DNA of 64,000 bases from an uncultured Clostridia bacterium (GTDB lineage: Bacteria > Bacillota > Clostridia > Christensenellales > UBA1242): assembly GCA_937895935.1 (NCBI GenBank), contig CALBKX010000024.1:8726-72725 (forward strand). The letters are read 5' to 3'. The first letter of the stretch is position 1. Each line of letters starts with the position of its first letter. The notes under the pieces were generated by a model that saw only the letters and a program-made list of their open reading frames with translations, searched no databases and was not told the origin of the DNA. Below, piece by piece: positions 58,925-64,000 of this stretch. Made by a program: the position numbers and the translations under genes.

Positions 58925-59007
58925 TATCGGAAGTAAAATTTTGCTAACACAAAATTTTTTGAGTTGATTGATATGCAACTCGTTCGCTAACTCTCACACT
59001 TCCGATA
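58925..59007 (+). other. Structured element immediately 3' of ppdK (three nested hairpins)
   Basis: Perfect 10-bp outer stem TATCGGAAGT (58925-58934) / ACTTCCGATA (58998-59007). It encloses a 9-bp hairpin (58935-58958) and a 6-bp hairpin (58961-58981). Confidence 0.4.
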
Positions 59008-59079
59008 TTATTTTAAACAAACGGATATCGGAATTTAAATTGAGAGTAGTGTGGAAAGTGTTTTGCAATTATCTTTTAA

Positions 59080-59125
59080 AAAAATAAGACAAAATCGGTT
59101 GTTATGATTTTGCCTTGTTTTTTTA
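59080..59125. terminator. Bidirectional terminator between ppdK (+) and a minus-strand orphan
   Basis: AAGACAAAATC / GATTTTGCCTT stem flanked by an A-run and a T-run. Confidence 0.7.
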
Positions 59126-59227
59126 ATTTAATAAAATTTTACTGTTTATTTGTAAACACTGAAGACTTTTTCCCAAGAAAAACTATAGAATGCAAATGAA
59201 TTTTGCAGTTAACAAATAGTTTATCTA

Positions 59228-59704
59228 TTATCTTTCAAGTTCACTATCATTTTTTGTGATATTTTTTGTTTCTCTTTTTGAAGATAAGGTTTTTAATTTA
59301 GATATTCTAACTTTGTTAATTTCAGCGATTTGACCATGTTTTTTATCAATGCTTGCTCTCAAACTATCTAATTTGGTATCTAAAACAATAATTTCATTGT
59401 TTAATTTTTCAATTTTTTTATCATATTTTTTATTTTTTACAATTGTTGATACAACACCAGCACTTCCTAAACCTAAAATAGATGCACCAGTAATAATAAA
59501 AGGTAATGAAGCAGGATTTAATGCAAAAATTATTAAAGATGATAAAACAGCACAAGCACTAAAAACGCTATATTGAATTAAATTCATTTTTTCATTTCTA
59601 ATTTTTGAATGTTCAATCCTTAAATTTTTAACTTTATTTTTTGTATTAATCATTTCTTTGGATATATCTGTTAATTCATTTTCACACATTTCTAATGTTT
59701 TCAT
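59228..59704 (-). CDS. Hypothetical coiled-coil / 2-TM / coiled-coil membrane protein
   Basis: Start set at the MKTLEM Met (59704), behind AGGAG. There is a central hydrophobic pair flanked by K/E-rich helices. Confidence 0.55.
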   Translation of the reverse strand: MKTLEMCENELTDISKEMINTKNKVKNLRIEHSKIRNEKMNLIQYSVFSACAVLSSLIIFALNPASLPFIITGASILGLGSAGVVSTIVKNKKYDKKIEKLNNEIIVLDTKLDSLRASIDKKHGQIAEINKVRISKLKTLSSKRETKNITKNDSELER

Positions 59705-59932
59705 TTTTTTACTCCTAATTAATGTAAGATAATATATCATAAGAGAGAAGACGCGTCAATAGGACAAGTATTTTGTTAGATTGAAAAAACTTTAGTTTTT
59801 AGAAGAAGTTTTGAACTAGACTTAGAACTGGAGCGTTTTTAAAAAAAGCAAAATAAATAAGTACATGTAAATGATTTAAAGTTTTGTTTAAATATTTTAA
59901 TCTTAAAAATTATATAATATTAATCCTGTCAA

Positions 59933-59964
59933 CAAAAAACAAGGCAAAAGTGACTTTTTGCCTC
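59933..59964 (-). terminator. Rho-independent terminator of the 224-aa orphan gene
   Basis: On the minus strand, an AGGCAAAAAG / CTTTTGCCT stem followed by TGTTTTTTG. Confidence 0.7.
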
Positions 59965-59994
59965 GCTTTTAAGTTGTTGAAATTTAGATTTTTA

Positions 59995-60669
59995 TTAGTT
60001 ATTTGTAGTTATGTTAATATTCCCGGGTCTTAATGAAGTAGGGAAAATTGGTTGTTCAAAAATTCCTGGGCAAATGTTTGCTTCCCCAACTTGAACAGGT
60101 GGAATAACTGGATAACCATAACTTGGTATCAATAAAATAACTTTTGACAATACTTTTATTATGATTTGCAAGCAGCCTGTTACAGTAAATGTATTTTCAG
60201 CTGTGTATGTTCCTATTTGACTTCTAAATTGTGCACTAACTTCAATCCTTATAGGATTTAAAGAAGGTTGTGGAACATAAAGCATTGCATTTATAGGATA
60301 GGTAATTGATGATGTTGCAGTTCCTAACACGCCAGTTGCATCTCTGTAAGTTACTATAACTGGTATAATCACAGTTCCAGTTACTGTTGCAAAATTTGGT
60401 CTGTCAGTTAACCTAGTAATAACAACATCGCTTATAGTTGCCGGATTGGCTGGATCTGATTCAGTTGAAATATAGGTAAGTGGCAATGTTGGGTTTGCTG
60501 GATTATAGTTGGCCGTAGTTAATACAATCCCTGTTTCTGTTGTCTGAAGCAGTGCTGCATCAAAAACTTTATCCGTTTCAATTAAAACTTTTTCACATAA
60601 TCCTTGTGTTGGGTTTCCGCAAATAGGTCCTGGGCGGTTTGGATTATTATTGTTTATAAAAAAAGACAT
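59995..60669 (-). CDS. T/P/N/I-rich beta-type orphan protein, candidate spore-surface structural subunit
   Basis: GGAGGT SD lies 7 nt from the ATG and the gene has its own terminator. No signal peptide. Two N-terminal Cys (C17, C25) and two C-terminal Cys (TGCLQ, NICPG). GC is visibly higher than in its neighbours. Confidence 0.65.
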   Translation of the reverse strand: MSFFINNNNPNRPGPICGNPTQGLCEKVLIETDKVFDAALLQTTETGIVLTTANYNPANPTLPLTYISTESDPANPATISDVVITRLTDRPNFATVTGTVIIPVIVTYRDATGVLGTATSSITYPINAMLYVPQPSLNPIRIEVSAQFRSQIGTYTAENTFTVTGCLQIIIKVLSKVILLIPSYGYPVIPPVQVGEANICPGIFEQPIFPTSLRPGNINITTNN

Positions 60670-60790
60670 AATTTTTACCTCCGAATATGTAAATTACATT
60701 ATTACACTATGATTAAAACTGTAAAAGTGTTAAAAATGTTTTGTTTTTTTTAAAAATATGTTAGACTACTAAATAAATAGGGGAGTGAAT

Positions 60791-61219
60791 ATGATTATTC
60801 TTGCGTGCGACCATGCTGGTTACAACTTAAAAGAACAAATTAAAGAATTTTTTAATAAAGAAAATATAACGACAATTGACGTGGGGACTTATTCAACGGA
60901 TAGTGTCGATTATCCTGACTACGCAAAGGCTGGCAATCAAAAAGTTCTTGAAAATGCTAATAATGTTGGGATTTATATTTGTGGAACAGGCATTGGAATG
61001 AGTATTGCTGCAAATAAAGACCCTAAAATTAGGGCAGCCTTATGTTTGAATACTAATTTTGCTTCACTTGCACGTAAACACAACAATGCAAATGTATTAG
61101 TTTTACCTGGCAGATATATTAATAAACAAAAAGCAATAAGAATTATTAAAGTATTTTTAACTACAAATTTTGAAGGTGGTAGACATTCAAGACGTGTTAA
61201 AAAATTAAAGGAGGTATAA
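60791..61219 (+). CDS. rpiB: Ribose-5-phosphate isomerase B
   Basis: MIILACDHAGYNLKE, ICGTGIGMSIAANK, and GGRHSRRV. The ATG at 60791 lies behind GGGGAG. Confidence 0.92.
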   Translation: MIILACDHAGYNLKEQIKEFFNKENITTIDVGTYSTDSVDYPDYAKAGNQKVLENANNVGIYICGTGIGMSIAANKDPKIRAALCLNTNFASLARKHNNANVLVLPGRYINKQKAIRIIKVFLTTNFEGGRHSRRVKKLKEV

Positions 61220-61224
61220 CAAAT

Positions 61225-63004
<1,780 letters not shown>

Positions 63005-63027
63005 AGCATTTATTAAATTTTGATTTA

Positions 63028-63063
63028 GAGCCATTAAGAAATTTATCTTTATGGCTTTTTTAT
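63028..63063 (+). terminator. Rho-independent terminator after gap
   Basis: AGCCAT...ATGGCT stem followed by TTTTTT. Confidence 0.65.
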
Positions 63064-63159
63064 TGTTTTTTCTTGAATTATTATAGAGTTTTTTAAATTA
63101 TCAAAGGAAAATCTATAAATGAAAGTTAAAAAATATTTTTCTTATTACTTAAAAATCGT

Positions 63160-63218
63160 TTGACAATTGAATAAATGTTCAACTATAATAAGAACAATTG
63201 AATAATCGTTCAACTATT
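63160..63218 (+). promoter_or_regulatory. Promoter overlapped by two tandem ArsR/SmtB-type operators
   Basis: TTGACA (63160-63165), an 18-nt spacer, then TATAAT (63184-63189). The palindromes TTGAATAAATGTTCAA (63167-63182) and TTGAATAATCGTTCAA (63198-63213) sit inside 24-bp direct repeats ACAATTGAATAA..GTTCAACTAT. Confidence 0.6.
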
Positions 63219-63253
63219 TTTTAAAATATCATATAATACAAAAGGAGTAAATT

Positions 63254-63622
63254 ATGGGGAAATCTGCACTAGAATGTGATTGTGACATTATTCATATTGA
63301 TATTGTTAACAAAGCAAAAGATTCTTTACTTAGTGATGATAGGCTATTAGATATAGCAGACTTTTATAAGGCTTTATCTGATTCTACCAGAATAAAAATA
63401 ATCAACTTATTAAAGGATAATGATTTATGCGTTTGCGATATTTCATCTATATTGAATTTAACAAAATCTACAGTGTCGCATCAATTAAAAAATTTACGTG
63501 AAAAGAATTTAATAAAAAATAAAAAAATTGGTAAAGAAGTTTGGTATTCACTTGCCGATAATCACGTTAAAGAGGTTTTTGAAATTAGTTTAGAGCATAT
63601 TATGGAGGAAAATAATGATTAA
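63254..63622 (+). CDS. ArsR/SmtB family metal-sensing repressor (CadC-like)
   Basis: LCVCDIS metal-site and wHTH region TKSTVSHQLKNLREKNLI. Confidence 0.9.
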   Translation: MGKSALECDCDIIHIDIVNKAKDSLLSDDRLLDIADFYKALSDSTRIKIINLLKDNDLCVCDISSILNLTKSTVSHQLKNLREKNLIKNKKIGKEVWYSLADNHVKEVFEISLEHIMEENND

Positions 63623-64000
63623 AAAATACAAAATATTAGGACTAGATTGTCCAAACTGTGCAAAATCATTAGAAAAAGCAATCAATAATGAAAAAAGTAT
63701 AAAAAAAGCTGAAATCAACTTTGTCAAAGAGTATTTGGTAATTGATAGTGATAATCAAGAACTTGCTTTAAAGGATGCAATTAAAGTAGCAAGCAAAGTA
63801 GAACCTGATGCTAGAATTATGGATACATCCAAAACAAAAAAATATTTTGATAAAAATTTTATTTTAAATTCTTTGCTATTATGCTTAGGTTTAGTATTAG
63901 CGGTACTTACTTTAGCAATACCAATGCCAAAAGTATTATTTTGGATTATGTATATTAGCAGTGCATTACTAATTGGTTATAAAACATATTACAAAGCGAT
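63615..64000 (+). CDS. Heavy-metal P-type ATPase, N-terminal part (runs off the window)
   Basis: It overlaps the arsR stop. The HMA domain motif GLDCPNCA is followed by the first TM helices. The 3' end lies outside the window. Confidence 0.85.
   Translation, partial: MIKKYKILGLDCPNCAKSLEKAINNEKSIKKAEINFVKEYLVIDSDNQELALKDAIKVASKVEPDARIMDTSKTKKYFDKNFILNSLLLCLGLVLAVLTLAIPMPKVLFWIMYISSALLIGYKTYYKA

Overview
AT-rich chromosomal segment from a low-GC Firmicutes/Clostridia-like endospore former. SpoIVA and a SpoIVFB-type protease are present. TGA, TAA and TAG all end well-conserved genes, so the code is standard code 11. I count about 60 protein genes, most on the + strand, in housekeeping blocks whose order mirrors Bacillus/Clostridium. 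In order: ldh; tig-clpP-clpX; a glpA-like FAD-oxidoreductase/DUF1667 trio (-); rsmE-mtaB-hit-trmH; yebC-ruvC-ruvA-ruvB-queA-tgt-(mini yajC-like ORF)-yrzE-like-secD-secF-recJ-relA-hemZ; a DUF4364/ABC exporter operon (-); ftsA-ftsZ; nifS-nifU; spoIVFB ... spoIVA; U32-ogg-rimM-trmD ... rbgA-rnhB-yraN; rpmB(-) / asp23-yloV; ppdK; rpiB ... gap; arsR-type repressor plus P-type ATPase (cut by the window end). I saw no rRNA, tRNA, CRISPR array, transposase, integrase or obvious prophage gene, so most of the window is ordinary core genome. The best candidate for something undescribed is a very AT-rich three-gene cluster at 42066-43541, wedged between spoIVFB and a SipW-like peptidase/spoIVA. It holds a Pycsar/SLATT-like multi-TM effector-type protein whose stop overlaps the start of a small acidic orphan protein, followed by a 4-TM orphan, with no signal-generating enzyme nearby. 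Other points worth a second look: (1) a long RSH (Rel) with an intact synthetase but a degenerate HD hydrolase domain; (2) a SecD/SecF pair in the canonical locus that appears to lack the conserved proton-relay Asp/Arg residues, next to a 28-codon yajC-like remnant; (3) a monocistronic Cys-bracketed beta-rich orphan (59995-60669) that could be a spore-surface or appendage subunit; (4) a conserved ~45-nt hairpin/inverted-repeat motif found twice in 5' leaders (14227, 55477); (5) an ASCH gene with an in-frame TAA; (6) several structured intergenic regions. All functional calls come from reading motifs by eye and from memory of family consensus. No database search was run.
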